Source of the DNA: Planctomycetota bacterium
GTDB lineage: Bacteria > Planctomycetota > UBA8108 > SXIK01
Length of the DNA stretch: 64,000 bases
Assembly: GCA_965223265.1 (NCBI GenBank)
Contig: OZ244999.1
Coordinates: forward strand, 7,328,001-7,392,000
Direction: 5' to 3'
Numbering within the stretch: the first letter of the stretch is position 1; each line of letters begins with the position of its first letter. The notes under the pieces were generated by a model. It worked only from the letters and a program-made list of their open reading frames with translations. It did no database searches and had not been told where the DNA came from. The translations under genes and the position numbers were made by a program. This document shows positions 39,443 to 51,073 of the stretch, piece by piece.

Positions 39443-40123
39443 ATGCGACGTCAGCGTCCAGCGCCAGAACTACAGCGCGAGCGGAGAATCCTGGAGCGCG
39501 AGCTTCTCGATGAACTCGCCGCGCTGCGCAGCCAACTTCTCGCAGAATCGAAACGATTCCAGCGCGGGACGCGGTGGCGCGCGAAGTTCGCTCACCGGTG
39601 CTGCCAGCGGCCTCGCAACCAGATGCGTATTTCGCCACTCGAAGCTCGAGCGATCGAAATCGCGTTCCACACGGACGCCCAGCTGCGCCCGCACCTGCCG
39701 GACGTTTTGGCCCGCCTTGAGACGGAACTTCCACGCCTGCACGACAGCGAGGAACGCCAGAGTTTCGACTGCCCATTGCTCGACGGAAAACAGTGTCTCG
39801 TGCACGCGCGGGCCAAGCCGATCGGGTGCCTGGCGTGGCACGACGGCCGCGACTACACCAAGCTCGGCTGGGAAGCTTTTGCGCGCCGCGACGAACTTAA
39901 CGACCGGCTGCACGGCCGGTCATGGCGCCTACGTGTCATTCCGCTCTGGCTGAAGCGGGTGTTTCGCGGCCGCCGCCGCAGCTCTGCACCGCGGCGCGAA
40001 ACTCCGCCGAAAAGTGACGATCGCGGGCGCGCCGCAGCAGCCACGCGGCGGCCTTCACGCCGTCGCAGACCTGATCAAACCTCAGGCACCTCCGCGCGGA
40101 CGCGCCGCAGCAGCCGCGGCTAG
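39443..40123 (+). CDS. Divergent YkgJ/CxxCxxCC-like cysteine-cluster protein
   Basis: CC...ISPLEA...CPLLDGKQCLVHARAKPIGC. Confidence 0.55.
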   Translation: MRRQRPAPELQRERRILERELLDELAALRSQLLAESKRFQRGTRWRAKFAHRCCQRPRNQMRISPLEARAIEIAFHTDAQLRPHLPDVLARLETELPRLHDSEERQSFDCPLLDGKQCLVHARAKPIGCLAWHDGRDYTKLGWEAFARRDELNDRLHGRSWRLRVIPLWLKRVFRGRRRSSAPRRETPPKSDDRGRAAAATRRPSRRRRPDQTSGTSARTRRSSRG

Positions 40124-40130
40124 CCTCGAT

Positions 40131-41351
40131 TCAACACCACGGTTGGATCCGCACGCTCGTCACCTGAAGATAACGCTCGCTCGGTTCGCAGACTGCCGTG
40201 GGGTAGTCGACGGGTAAACCACCAGTGCTGAGCACCGCGCATGACCGCGCGTCGCCGGCGAACGCAGCGTCGAGATGTTTCGTCAGCCGTGGTCCGCTAC
40301 GCGAGTTCATCGCCAGCCACAGGATGCCGCCGCGCTCGGCAGGAAGGAGGTCGGCAGCGAGACGCATCAACTTCGGATAATCGCTCTTCGCACTCCAGCG
40401 CGACGGTTTCGCCTGAGAAAAGGAGGGTGGATCGATGAGGATCAGATCGAAGCGAGTTTCGTCGGCGCGCGCACGCTCGAGAAAGCGAATCACGTCCGAT
40501 GTCACGAACTCGAAGGCTCCCTCGGCTCCCCCGGAACCAGAGTCGACGTCCACGCCAGCGAGCCGAAAGTTCTTCTGCGCCCAGGCATGTACACCGGCCG
40601 CGAGGTCAACGCTCGTCACACTCGTCGCACCACCGAGCGCCGCCACCAAGGACAGGCTACCAGTGTAGCTAAAGAGGTTGAGCACGCGTTGACCGCGGCT
40701 GCATGCGCGCAGCGCCAGGCGATGCTCACGCATGTCTGTGAACAGCCCCACGTTCAAGCCGCCGAGCGGGTGGATCACGTAGCGAACGCCGCTCTCGAGC
40801 ACCTCAAGCTCTTGTGGCGGCTGTGCGCCGATCACTTCCTGCTCCAATTTACCCGCCTTCGGAACCGCCCGCGGTCTCACTTTGATCACAACGCCGCGTA
40901 GCGCTTCGTCGTCGATGAGAGCGGCGGCGAGTTCACGCCCAAGCGCTTTCAGACCGCGCGACGCGACGTAGAGAACCGCGAACTCTGAAAAGACATCGAC
41001 CGCGAACCCTGGCAGCTCGTCGCCCGCGCCGTGAACGAGACGGTAGGCGGTTGTGGCGGCGGAAGGCACCCCAAGTCGCTCGCGCCAGGCGCGCGCACGC
41101 CGCGCGCGCGCGTGAAAGAAACGTACGTCGAATCGCTCCTCGTACTCTCGAGAGAGGATGCGCAGCACACCGTTTTCCGCGTCGACGACCGCCATGCCGA
41201 CGGTCTCGGAGTGGCGGTCGAGAAGCTGCAGCGGCCGCCCCGCATCGAGCGTCGGACCGGCGCTCGTCAGCTCGTCGAGTCGCACCACACTATGACCGTC
41301 TCGAACGCGCGCGGCAGCGCGATCAGGCAGATGCAGGGCGCGGGGAGGCAT
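40131..41351 (-). CDS. Class I SAM-dependent rRNA methyltransferase (RlmI-like)
   Basis: YRLVHGAGDELPG..VD, GLFTDMRE.R, VLNLFSYTG, DLILIDPPSF. Confidence 0.88.
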   Translation of the reverse strand: MPPRALHLPDRAAARVRDGHSVVRLDELTSAGPTLDAGRPLQLLDRHSETVGMAVVDAENGVLRILSREYEERFDVRFFHARARRARAWRERLGVPSAATTAYRLVHGAGDELPGFAVDVFSEFAVLYVASRGLKALGRELAAALIDDEALRGVVIKVRPRAVPKAGKLEQEVIGAQPPQELEVLESGVRYVIHPLGGLNVGLFTDMREHRLALRACSRGQRVLNLFSYTGSLSLVAALGGATSVTSVDLAAGVHAWAQKNFRLAGVDVDSGSGGAEGAFEFVTSDVIRFLERARADETRFDLILIDPPSFSQAKPSRWSAKSDYPKLMRLAADLLPAERGGILWLAMNSRSGPRLTKHLDAAFAGDARSCAVLSTGGLPVDYPTAVCEPSERYLQVTSVRIQPWC

Positions 41352-41746
41352 CGCGCGGACTCTCCCAGAAGGCTGTCTCAGATGACGACAGAGGACCGGC
41401 CTCCGAGTCAAAACCCGAGTTGTGGAGCCCGATCAGGCAGCAGGGATCGCTTGCGGCGTGCCGCGACGTGATCGCGCGGCACATTCGTGCATTGCCCGCA
41501 ACCGGGTGGGCGGCGGCTAGTGTTTCTTGCCCCAAGCTCGGTCGCGGCCACGCGAACCGCGGCGGCCGTGATTGGCCTTCTTGCTACGCCACTTGAACTT
41601 AAAGATTCTGCGCTTCCGTGCCATGGAAAGTCCTTTTCGAGAGATGACCGAAGCTCCTCTTCTACCCGATGGCGGTGAAGCTTGGCAAGGTTCTCGTTGG
41701 ATCGTCTCCTGGCGCGCTCACCGCGTCGCGGCAGGCGACCACCACT

Positions 41747-42667
41747 TCAGCCGGCCACATCGGCGCCGTCGGCGGGCCTTGCGGCATCGGTATCCCCAAT
41801 CAGCGAGTCGAGAAACTGTCGCGCGGTGCGCGTCAGCGTCTGACGCCGCCGATGGATGATCCCCACCGGTCGCCGCAGATCGAGGTCCGCCACGGGCACC
41901 GTTGCCAGCGTGCCGCGCTGGAGCTCCCGCTCGATCGAGGGTGCCGGCAAGATCGTCACCGCTTGAGAGACCTCGACCGCCTGTTTGATCGTCTCGACGT
42001 TGTCGAACTCGCTCAGAACGCTGACGCGCACGTGCTGGGCACGAAAGGCCTGATCAATCTTTCGTCGAATCGGCAAGTCCGGGTCGAACGCGACGAAGCG
42101 CTCACCGTCGAGGTCCTTGAGCCTCATCATTCGCCGCGCCGCCAGGCGATGTTCAGGCGGGCACGCGAAAACCATCGCCTCTTCCACCCACGGTCGAACG
42201 ACAAGGTCGCGGTTCGCGTGGGGGTAGGAAGTGACGCCCAAGTCGACCTCACCGTCGAGAACCGCCGCATTGACCTTGCTGGGATGGCAGTACTCGAGCC
42301 GTACGGTCGCCCCAGCGTAGCGACTCATGAATGCCTGGATCGAACCTGACAGCGTGTGCAGACCCACTGAGTAGATCGCTGCGACCCGCACCGCCTCGGT
42401 CCGTTCGGCGGCGCCGCGGCGAACCTCGTCGAGAAGACGCCGGTGGCGGTAGACGAGATCTTGGCATCCCTCATAGTAGCGTTCGCCTTCCGGCGTCGTC
42501 GTCAGAGGCCGCCGCCCTCGATCGATGAGGCGAAAACCGATCTCCCGCTCGAGGTGGGCGATCAACTGGCTCGCCGCCGGCTGTGAAATCTCGAGCGCTC
42601 GCGCGGCACGCGAAAAACTCTGTCGCCTAACGATCTCACAGAAGAGCTCTAACGTCTGTAGATTCAA
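41747..42667 (-). CDS. LysR-family regulator divergent from gltBD
   Basis: SFSRAARALEISQPAASQLIAHLE; EFDNVETIKQAVE; arrangement like gltC-gltAB. Confidence 0.93.
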   Translation of the reverse strand: MNLQTLELFCEIVRRQSFSRAARALEISQPAASQLIAHLEREIGFRLIDRGRRPLTTTPEGERYYEGCQDLVYRHRRLLDEVRRGAAERTEAVRVAAIYSVGLHTLSGSIQAFMSRYAGATVRLEYCHPSKVNAAVLDGEVDLGVTSYPHANRDLVVRPWVEEAMVFACPPEHRLAARRMMRLKDLDGERFVAFDPDLPIRRKIDQAFRAQHVRVSVLSEFDNVETIKQAVEVSQAVTILPAPSIERELQRGTLATVPVADLDLRRPVGIIHRRRQTLTRTARQFLDSLIGDTDAARPADGADVAG

Positions 42668-42711
42668 TGCAAGCTTCCCTCGCGCGGTGGACCGCCGTCC
42701 CGCTCGACAAT

Positions 42712-42726
42712 ATAAGCTTATCTTAT
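42712..42726. promoter_or_regulatory. LysR-type binding site ATAAG-N5-CTTAT
   Basis: Perfect dyad T-N11-A in the AT-rich gap between the LysR gene and gltB. Confidence 0.65.
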
Positions 42727-43097
42727 TCTGTGCTGAATGTACGATTCAATTGATTTATTCTGGCGCTTGTGGCATGGTGGGAAGACTCAGCCCATCACAG
42801 TGACACCCTCCGGAGCCGAGCCCCCTCGGGAGCAGCTCGGTCACGGCCGATCGTAGAAATCGAGCTTGGGAGTGATGCTGCGCCGTTTTCGGCCAGACTT
42901 GGTTGGTCAGCCGGCTGCGGGTTGGGGAGATGTTTCGGATCGCGATGGGATCGCCGGTCGCGCGCGCCACAACAGCGGGCAGCGACCAGGAAGGTCGCCA
43001 TCGGGATCCCGGGGGATTGCATGCAGAGGGTCAACGAATCAAGCCGACGCCGGGCCGGCTCGCACCGCGGCGTCGCGATGGACGGAAAGTGAATGCG

Positions 43098-46000
43098 ATG
43101 AACGTGAACGCCAGGAACGACGCAGCGACACCACGACGGGGAGTGCCGCGGGCCCAGGGGCTCTATGACCCGCGCAATGAAAAGGACAGCTGCGGCGTCG
43201 GCTTCGTCGCCCACATCAAGGGCGAGCGGAGTCACCAGATCATTCTCGACGCGAATGAAGTGCTCCTCAACATGACGCACCGCGGTGCGTGTGGTTGCGA
43301 AGAGAATACCGGCGACGGCGCTGGATTCCTGACGGCACTACCGCACGAGTTCCTCGCTAAAGTCGCGAGAAGCGACCTACGGGTCGAGTTGCCTGCTGCG
43401 GGAGAGTTCGCCGCGGGTCTCGTGTTCCTACCGACCGATGCCAAAGAACGAGACCGAGCGAAGGCAGAGGTCGAGAGAATCGTCGCGGCCGAGGGTCAGA
43501 AGACTCTCGGTTGGCGTCGCGTGCCGACGCGCCCCAAGGAAGCAGACATCGGCCCCTCGGCGCTGGCGAGCGAACCCGTGATCGAGCAGTTGTTCGTCGC
43601 CGCCGGCGGTGGGCTTGCCGGGGATGCCTTTGAACGCCGACTTTATTCCGTGCGCAAGCAAGCGACGCGGCTCATTCGCGGCTCCCAGCATCCGCAGGCG
43701 AAGATGTTCTATGTCTGTAGCCTGTCGACGAAGGTGATCATCTACAAGGGCCAGCTCATGCCCGAACAGGTGATCCCCTACTTTCCCGACCTCGCCGACG
43801 CCGACTTCACCACGCATTTGGCGATGGTGCACTCACGATTTTCGACCAACACCTTTCCGTCGTGGGACCGAGCACAGCCCAACCGATTCATGAGTCACAA
43901 CGGCGAGATCAACACCCTGCGCGGCAACATGAATTGGATGCATGCCCGCGAAGGCGTTCTCAAGTCCGATCTCTTCGGCGCCCACCTGCCGAAGTTGTTT
44001 CCCATTGTCGAACCCGACTGTTCCGACTCGGGAACTTTCGACAATGCGCTCGAGTTCCTCCTCATGACGGGTCGAACGCTGCAGGAAGCCGTCATGATGA
44101 TGATTCCGGAAGCGTGGCAAAACCACGCCTCCATGTCGATCGAGAAGTCGGCGTTCTACGAGTATCACTCGTGCTTGATGGAACCGTGGGATGGGCCTGC
44201 GTCCATCGCATTCACCGACGGTCACTACATCGGTGCCGTCCTGGATCGCAATGGTCTGCGACCAAGCCGATTCTACGTCACCCACGACGACCGCGTCATC
44301 ATGGCGTCGGAAGTGGGCGTCCTGAAGGTCGATCCGGCGAACGTCAAATACAAGGGGCGCCTACAGCCCGGAAAGATGTTCCTGGTCGACTTCGAGCAGG
44401 GCCGCATCGTCGCCGACGAAGAGGTCAAGTCTGACATCAGCACGCGTCGGCCGTATCGCGACTGGCTCAAAGACCAGCGGATCGAGCTGAGTGAGCTCCC
44501 AAGTGGCGACGACGTGCCGCAGCGCGATCCAGATACGCTTTTGCCACGCATGAGGGCGTTCGGCTACACCGTTGAGACGCTGCAGTTCATGCTCGCGCCG
44601 CTCATCGAGCAGAAGCGAGATCCGGTTGGCTCGATGGGAAACGACTCAGCCCTCGCGTGTCTGTCGGATGAACCGCGACTGCTGTACGACTACTTCAAGC
44701 AGCTCTTCGCGCAGGTCACGAACCCGGCGATCGATTCCATTCGGGAAGAGATCATCATGTCGCTGTCGTGCTACATCGGACCGGAAGGGAACCTCCTCGA
44801 GACGACGGAGGCCCATGCCCACCGCCTCCTGATCCCGCACCCGATTCTCACCAACCCCGAGCTCGCCGCGCTCAAACGCATCGACTACCGTGGCTGGCGT
44901 GCGAAGACGATCGACATCACCCATCCGCGCTCCGAAGGCGAAGAGGAGATGCTTGCGGCGCTCGACCGCGTCTGTGCCGAAGCGGAGTCCGCGATCGATG
45001 ACGGTTACAGCCTAGTCGTACTGTCAGACCGCCAAGTGGGTCCGGACCGCGTTCCCCTCAGCGCCCTTCTCGCATGTGGGGCCGTGCACCACCATCTGAT
45101 CAGACAGACTAAGCGCACCCGCATCGGTATCGTGGTCGAGACGGGCGAGGCGCGTGAGGTGCATCACCACTGCCTTTTGACGGGTTACGGAGCCGATGCG
45201 ATCAATCCCTACTTGGCGTTTGAAGCGCTTTGGCAGGCGCGCGCCGACGGCGTTCTTGGCCATGAGTTCAACAACGACGAGGCCGTCGTTGTCGCCTATC
45301 GCAAAGGCGTCGCGAAAGGCATGCTCAAGGTCATGGGCAAGATGGGCATCTCGACCCTCCAGAGCTACAAGGGCGCGCAAATCTTCGAAGCGGTCGGGCT
45401 CACGGACGCTGTCGTCGACCGTTGTTTCGCGGGCACTGCGAGTCGCGTTCAGGGCTGCAGCTTCGACATCCTCGCGGCTGAGTCGCTACGCCGTCACGCG
45501 CTGGGGTATCCTCAGCGCGCCGAAGATCTGCCACTGCCGGTCTTGCCCAACCCGGGCGAGTTTCATTGGCGTAGTGGCGGCGAACGTCACATGTGGAGCC
45601 CAGAGGCGATAGCAGATCTCCAAGTCGCAGCACGCGCGAAAAACTCCGATGCGTACAAACGCTTTGCGACGGCGATCAACGATGACGCACGCAATCGATG
45701 CACCCTGCGCGGCCTTCTCAAGCTGAAGCGCGGCGCGGGCGGTCCTCCGTTGCCACTCGACGAAGTGGAACCGGCGAGCAAAATCGTGACGCGATTCTGC
45801 ACCGGTGCGATGAGCTTCGGGTCGATCTCAGCAGAGTCGCACGAGACCCTCGCCGTGGCGATGAACCGCCTCGGTGGCAAGTCCAACACGGGTGAAGGCG
45901 GCGAGGATCCCGAGCGCTTCAAGCCGCTGGCGAACGGCGATTCAAAGCGCTCCGCCATCAAACAAGTCGCATCGGGACGCTTCGGCGTCACGATCTGGTA

Positions 46001-47693
46001 TCTGACCAACGCCGACGAGCTGCAGATCAAGATCGCGCAGGGCGCGAAGCCGGGCGAAGGCGGCGAGCTCCCTGGCCATAAAGTCGACAAGAACATTGCT
46101 AGAATCCGCTACTCAACGCCGGGAGTCGGCCTGATTAGCCCACCACCGCATCACGATATCTATTCGATCGAGGATTTGGCGCAGCTGATTCACGATCTAA
46201 AGAACTCGAACCCATCGGCACGCGTCAGCGTCAAGCTCGTCTCGGAGGTCGGTGTCGGCACCATCGCCGCCGGCGTTGCCAAGGGGCACGCCGACCATAT
46301 TCTGATCTCCGGGCACGACGGCGGGACCGGTGCGTCGCCGCTGACCAGCATCAAGCACGCGGGATTGCCGTTCGAGCTCGGCATCGCGGAGACGCACCAA
46401 ACTCTCGTGCTCAACGACCTTCGTTCGCGTGTCGTACTGCAAACGGACGGTCAACTCAAGACCGGTCGCGACGTCGTCGTTGCCGCATTGCTCGGTGCCG
46501 AGGAGTACGGTTTTTCGACCGCTCCCCTCATCGCCCTCGGCTGCATCATGATGCGAAAGTGTCATCTCAACACTTGCCCTGTGGGCATCGCGACGCAGGA
46601 TCCAAAGTTGCGCGAAAAATTCGCCGGTGAAGCGGACCACGTCGTCGACTACCTCTTCATGGTCGCTGAGGAAGCTCGCAGCTACATGGCGGAGATGGGA
46701 TTCCGCACGATCGACGAGATGATCGGTCGGGTTGACGCGCTCGAAATCAACGACGCGATCCGCCACTGGAAATCCGACGGGCTCGATCTCACACCGATCC
46801 TCGCTCCGATAGAGAAGCCGCACGCCGATGTCGACGTCTACTGCACGACCAAGCAAAACCACGGCCTCGAAAAGGCGCTCGATGGCGAGCTCATTCGCCT
46901 GGCTGCTCCGGCGCTCGAACGCGGCGAGAAAGTCTCGATCGATTTGCCGATCATCAACACCAATCGCACGGTCGGCACGATTCTCAGCCACACCGTGGCG
47001 AAGGCATACGGCGAGAAGTGCCTGCCCGACGACACGATCCACATCAAGCTCAAGGGCTCCGCCGGGCAAAGCGTTGGTGCCTGGCTGGCGCGCGGCGTCA
47101 CGATCGAGCTCGAAGGAGACGCCAACGACTACGTCGGCAAAGGGCTCTCCGGCGGGCGCCTGATCATCTACCCGCCGCACGAGTCGACCTTCCGCCCAGA
47201 AGAAAACATCATCGTCGGCAACGTCGTCCTCTACGGCGCCACGGGCGGCGAAGCGTTTTTTCGCGGGCGTGCTGCTGAGCGGTTCTGCGTCCGCAACTCG
47301 GGCGCTCGCACGGTCATTGAAGGCGTCGGAGATCATGGCTGCGAATATATGACCGGTGGGCGCGTCGTGATCTTGGGTCCGACGGGACGCAACTTCGCGG
47401 CGGGTATGAGTGGTGGGATCGCCTACATTTGGGATCCGAAGGGCGAGTTCATCACCAACTGCAACTTGGGCATGGTCGAACTCGAGGAAGTCGTGACCTC
47501 CGAGGATTCGAATGAGTTGCGTACACTGATTGAGAAACACCGAGACGTGACGGGCTCGACCGTTGCTGCAGAGATTCTCGAGGACTGGGAGTCGTCTATG
47601 ACGCAGTTCGTCAAGGTGATGCCGACCGATTACAAGCGAGTTCTCGAAGAGGAAAAGAAAGAGCGAGGCGAGTCGCGGGCGAACGTCGCCTGA
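43098..47693 (+). CDS. gltB: Glutamate synthase large subunit
   Basis: [62 protein letters not shown]. Confidence 0.98.
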   Translation: MNVNARNDAATPRRGVPRAQGLYDPRNEKDSCGVGFVAHIKGERSHQIILDANEVLLNMTHRGACGCEENTGDGAGFLTALPHEFLAKVARSDLRVELPAAGEFAAGLVFLPTDAKERDRAKAEVERIVAAEGQKTLGWRRVPTRPKEADIGPSALASEPVIEQLFVAAGGGLAGDAFERRLYSVRKQATRLIRGSQHPQAKMFYVCSLSTKVIIYKGQLMPEQVIPYFPDLADADFTTHLAMVHSRFSTNTFPSWDRAQPNRFMSHNGEINTLRGNMNWMHAREGVLKSDLFGAHLPKLFPIVEPDCSDSGTFDNALEFLLMTGRTLQEAVMMMIPEAWQNHASMSIEKSAFYEYHSCLMEPWDGPASIAFTDGHYIGAVLDRNGLRPSRFYVTHDDRVIMASEVGVLKVDPANVKYKGRLQPGKMFLVDFEQGRIVADEEVKSDISTRRPYRDWLKDQRIELSELPSGDDVPQRDPDTLLPRMRAFGYTVETLQFMLAPLIEQKRDPVGSMGNDSALACLSDEPRLLYDYFKQLFAQVTNPAIDSIREEIIMSLSCYIGPEGNLLETTEAHAHRLLIPHPILTNPELAALKRIDYRGWRAKTIDITHPRSEGEEEMLAALDRVCAEAESAIDDGYSLVVLSDRQVGPDRVPLSALLACGAVHHHLIRQTKRTRIGIVVETGEAREVHHHCLLTGYGADAINPYLAFEALWQARADGVLGHEFNNDEAVVVAYRKGVAKGMLKVMGKMGISTLQSYKGAQIFEAVGLTDAVVDRCFAGTASRVQGCSFDILAAESLRRHALGYPQRAEDLPLPVLPNPGEFHWRSGGERHMWSPEAIADLQVAARAKNSDAYKRFATAINDDARNRCTLRGLLKLKRGAGGPPLPLDEVEPASKIVTRFCTGAMSFGSISAESHETLAVAMNRLGGKSNTGEGGEDPERFKPLANGDSKRSAIKQVASGRFGVTIWYLTNADELQIKIAQGAKPGEGGELPGHKVDKNIARIRYSTPGVGLISPPPHHDIYSIEDLAQLIHDLKNSNPSARVSVKLVSEVGVGTIAAGVAKGHADHILISGHDGGTGASPLTSIKHAGLPFELGIAETHQTLVLNDLRSRVVLQTDGQLKTGRDVVVAALLGAEEYGFSTAPLIALGCIMMRKCHLNTCPVGIATQDPKLREKFAGEADHVVDYLFMVAEEARSYMAEMGFRTIDEMIGRVDALEINDAIRHWKSDGLDLTPILAPIEKPHADVDVYCTTKQNHGLEKALDGELIRLAAPALERGEKVSIDLPIINTNRTVGTILSHTVAKAYGEKCLPDDTIHIKLKGSAGQSVGAWLARGVTIELEGDANDYVGKGLSGGRLIIYPPHESTFRPEENIIVGNVVLYGATGGEAFFRGRAAERFCVRNSGARTVIEGVGDHGCEYMTGGRVVILGPTGRNFAAGMSGGIAYIWDPKGEFITNCNLGMVELEEVVTSEDSNELRTLIEKHRDVTGSTVAAEILEDWESSMTQFVKVMPTDYKRVLEEEKKERGESRANVA

Positions 47694-47806
47694 GGCCCAG
47701 CAAGACGCCGCCCCAACGCTCCCGCGGCGGCGACGACTGAACGCGCCCAAGTGACTCAGTCGCGCCTCGCATTGAAAGACAAACCGACCATCAAGGAGAT
47801 CCGCTC

Positions 47807-49270
47807 GTGGGCAAGCCGACCGGCTTCATGGAGCACGACCGAAGCGCCATTCCCTACCGCGACCCGCTGGAGCGTGTCGCCGATTTCGACGAGTTTCTCG
47901 TCAACGTTCCGGAAGAGCACCTGAAAAAGCAGGGCTCTCGCTGCATGGACTGCGGCGTTCCATTCTGCCAGTCCGCGACCGGTTGTCCGATCAACAACCT
48001 CATTCCAGAGTGGAACGACCTCGTCTTCCGCGGCCGCTGGCGCGAGGCCCTTGATCGTCTGCACAAGACCAACAACTTCCCTGAATTCACCGGTCGCGTC
48101 TGTCCGGCGCCGTGCGAAGGCGCTTGCGTCCTCGGCATCACCGACCCAGCCGTCACCATCAAAAATATCGAAAACGCCATCATCGACCGAGGTTTCGAAT
48201 CGGGTTGGGTGAAGGCGAAGCCGCCACGCGGGCGAACGGGAAAGTCCGTCGCGATCATCGGTTCCGGCCCGGCCGGACTGGCAGCGGCAGCTCAACTCAA
48301 TTCGGTGGGCCATCGCGTCACCGTCTACGAGCGAGACGATCGTATCGGTGGCCTTCTCATGTATGGAATCCCCAACATGAAGCTCGACAAGAAGATCGTC
48401 GAGCGGCGTGTGGATCTTCTGCGCGAAGAGGGGGTCGAGTTTGAGGTCAACGCCCATGTCGGCAAGAACGTCGATGTGAACGAGCTGAGGTCCGCAAACG
48501 ATGCCCTTCTGCTCGCATGCGGCGCGACTACACCGCGCGATCTCCCCATCCCCGGGCGCGAGCTCAAGGGAATCCACTTCGCCATGGAGTACCTGCTCAA
48601 GAACACGAAGAGTCTCCTCGACTCAGGCCTCAACGACGGCAACTACATATCCGCGAAGGACAAAAACGTTGTCGTCATCGGCGGCGGCGATACCGGGACT
48701 GACTGCATCGGCACGTCAATGCGGCACGGCTGCAAAAGCTTGGTCAATTTCGAGCTCCTACCAGAGCCGCCGGAGCATCGCGCGCCCGGAAACCCGTGGC
48801 CCGAATGGCCGAGGATTTTCCGCGTCGACTATGGCCATGCGGAAGTCAAAGCGAAGTTCGGTGCCGATCCGCGCCAGTACTGCGTTTTGTCCAAAGAGTT
48901 CGTCGACAACGGCGACGGCGGCGTCGCAGCGATTCGCACGGTGCGGGTCGACTGGAAGAAGGACGACAGCGGTCGATTTCAGATGGAGGAGCGGCCCGGC
49001 TCTGAGGAAGAGTTCAAGGCCGACCTCGTCTTTCTCGCCATGGGTTTTCTTGGCCCCGAACAAACCCTCGTACCCGCTCTCGGTCTCGAGACTGATGACC
49101 GATCGAACTTCCGCGCCGAGTACGGCCGCTATGCGACCAGTGTCGAAGGCGTGTTCGCAGCGGGAGATTGCCGCCGCGGTCAGTCCTTAGTCGTCTGGGC
49201 GATCAACGAAGGACGCGAAGCCGCGCGCGAAATCGACCGCTACCTCGTCGGCTCGACCACGTTGCCGTAG
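47807..49270 (+). CDS. gltD: Glutamate synthase small subunit
   Basis: [53 protein letters not shown]. Confidence 0.98.
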   Translation: MGKPTGFMEHDRSAIPYRDPLERVADFDEFLVNVPEEHLKKQGSRCMDCGVPFCQSATGCPINNLIPEWNDLVFRGRWREALDRLHKTNNFPEFTGRVCPAPCEGACVLGITDPAVTIKNIENAIIDRGFESGWVKAKPPRGRTGKSVAIIGSGPAGLAAAAQLNSVGHRVTVYERDDRIGGLLMYGIPNMKLDKKIVERRVDLLREEGVEFEVNAHVGKNVDVNELRSANDALLLACGATTPRDLPIPGRELKGIHFAMEYLLKNTKSLLDSGLNDGNYISAKDKNVVVIGGGDTGTDCIGTSMRHGCKSLVNFELLPEPPEHRAPGNPWPEWPRIFRVDYGHAEVKAKFGADPRQYCVLSKEFVDNGDGGVAAIRTVRVDWKKDDSGRFQMEERPGSEEEFKADLVFLAMGFLGPEQTLVPALGLETDDRSNFRAEYGRYATSVEGVFAAGDCRRGQSLVVWAINEGREAAREIDRYLVGSTTLP

Positions 49271-49612
49271 GCGGGCAAAGCCATCGGCGACCACGCGCGG
49301 TAGCGGTGAACTCGCGTACCGCACGGGGTTCACTCCCGGCCCGGCGCACGGACCGGGAAGCCGGGACACGAAAGTCGTGAAGAATCGGGCCTCGCGAGAC
49401 GTCAAAGGATCAGCGATGGTCGAAAGCACGACATCGTCGGGTGAGCGCCAAGAAGGCTGAACGAAGGAGTGGGAGGCCCCTCCTTCGTTCCGAAAGGGTC
49501 AGAAGGCACCTCCGACAGCGATTGATTCCCGGAATGTCGGCCGCTTCCGCCTTCTCATCGTACTCTTTGAAGACTGAAGAACTCTGATGCGGCCCGCCGC
49601 GAAAACGACGCT

Positions 49613-50257
49613 ATGGTTCAGGTCAGCAAACAGTTTCTACGACATCACGCCCAGATTCCCGAAGTAGCGAGATACGTCCTTGCGGGCGTTCCACCGCTCG
49701 TCGTCGCCGTTGGGTTTCTTTTCTTGCTACGTGCCGAGCTGAGTGGGACGGCGACCGAGCTTCCCGCGCTGCCGTTTCTGTACGGCTGGTTTCTCCTCGA
49801 GCTGATCGCGCTGTGGTGTATGCCCCTGATCTACCTCGGATACAAAAAAGGGGGAGCAAGATGGGGCGCCGTAGCCAATGTGACCATCGCTGTGACGGCG
49901 ATCGGGCTACTGATCGCAGGGGCGACGACGGGCTTTCCCGCGCTGGCGGCGATGGCGTACGGATCCGTCCTGATTCTGAACAAGTGCCTCACCCTCGGCC
50001 TCGCCGGTCGCGCGCGTGAGCTGCGCGAAGCCTTCATGCTGCGGATCTTGATCAGCAGCGCGACGTGGTTTTTCTCGGTGGTCGCGGCCGCACTCGTGCT
50101 CCTCGTGGCAGCTCGCTTCCGCGGTATCGAGATTTGGGAAGAGCGCAACCTCGTTAAGTGCTGTCTGCTCCTCTCGGGCACGATCTACTTCGCGATGATC
50201 GCGGCGCTGGAGTTCTTCCTCGCCATTCCGTCGCGGCTGCGGGACTCGACGACGTAG
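49613..50257 (+). CDS. Hypothetical multi-pass membrane protein
   Basis: About six hydrophobic segments. Confidence 0.7.
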   Translation: MVQVSKQFLRHHAQIPEVARYVLAGVPPLVVAVGFLFLLRAELSGTATELPALPFLYGWFLLELIALWCMPLIYLGYKKGGARWGAVANVTIAVTAIGLLIAGATTGFPALAAMAYGSVLILNKCLTLGLAGRARELREAFMLRILISSATWFFSVVAAALVLLVAARFRGIEIWEERNLVKCCLLLSGTIYFAMIAALEFFLAIPSRLRDSTT

Positions 50258-50342
50258 TCCGCGGGTAGACGGTCAGTCAGCGCGACCCCTGCAGCAAACC
50301 GAGCTCGGTCGGACGCGACCACGCAACGAGATCCCGCGCGGA

Positions 50343-50975
50343 CTACGCATTCAGTTTTTCTAGGAGTCCGCCGACGCTCAACCCGTCCGAGCTGCCGGCT
50401 CGAACCAAATACGCGAGCCGGCCGCCGGCGTCATCACACCGAGACATCGAGAAACCACCGCGACCATAAACTCGATCGAGAATCGACTCGAGTGCGCCTC
50501 GCAGCTGAGATTCAGCCTCATCGGCGCCAGAGAAAAGGACCCGGTCGTTGATCGTTACCTGCAACTCGCCACAGTTCGGTTGCGCGGCGCCCTGCATCTC
50601 CGGCTCAGCGAGAAGACGCTGGGCCTTCTCCAGCAGCAGCTGGAGCGCCTGAGCGAAACGCTCGTCGTGACTACCCTGAAGACGTCGTCGTGTCGAAAGC
50701 AGGACTCCTGGTCGTCCTGCGGCCCAGTCGACGCTCAAAACCCACCGTTTACTTACCAAAACGATCCCCGGACCATCCGGAACGTGGGCGTAGTCCTGCA
50801 AATCGATGATCTCCTCGCCCTCCTCGCCGCGCCAGCGGCTGAAGACGGCAAGCAGGCGATCGCTCACCGCATCTCGATCGTGGCTCGTCGTGAGAAAGAG
50901 CTTCAGATCAAACTTCTGGAGACCGGCCCCGACGATCACTTCAGTCGGGGACTTGCCGTCGTGACTCTGAGACAT
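50343..50975 (-). CDS. Hypothetical protein downstream of the siroheme reductase
   Basis: Protein-like ORF with IDLQDYAHVPDGPGIVL and INDR; co-oriented with the reductase; AAGGA RBS. Confidence 0.7.
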   Translation of the reverse strand: MSQSHDGKSPTEVIVGAGLQKFDLKLFLTTSHDRDAVSDRLLAVFSRWRGEEGEEIIDLQDYAHVPDGPGIVLVSKRWVLSVDWAAGRPGVLLSTRRRLQGSHDERFAQALQLLLEKAQRLLAEPEMQGAAQPNCGELQVTINDRVLFSGADEAESQLRGALESILDRVYGRGGFSMSRCDDAGGRLAYLVRAGSSDGLSVGGLLEKLNA

Positions 50976-51073
50976 GAGAATCTTTCCTTGGGACGAGCGT
51001 CAGGGGAAGGCGACGATCACCGCTTTCTTTCAGGCAACCGAGCCCCGCACGCCGCTGCCGCTCGCTGACTATC

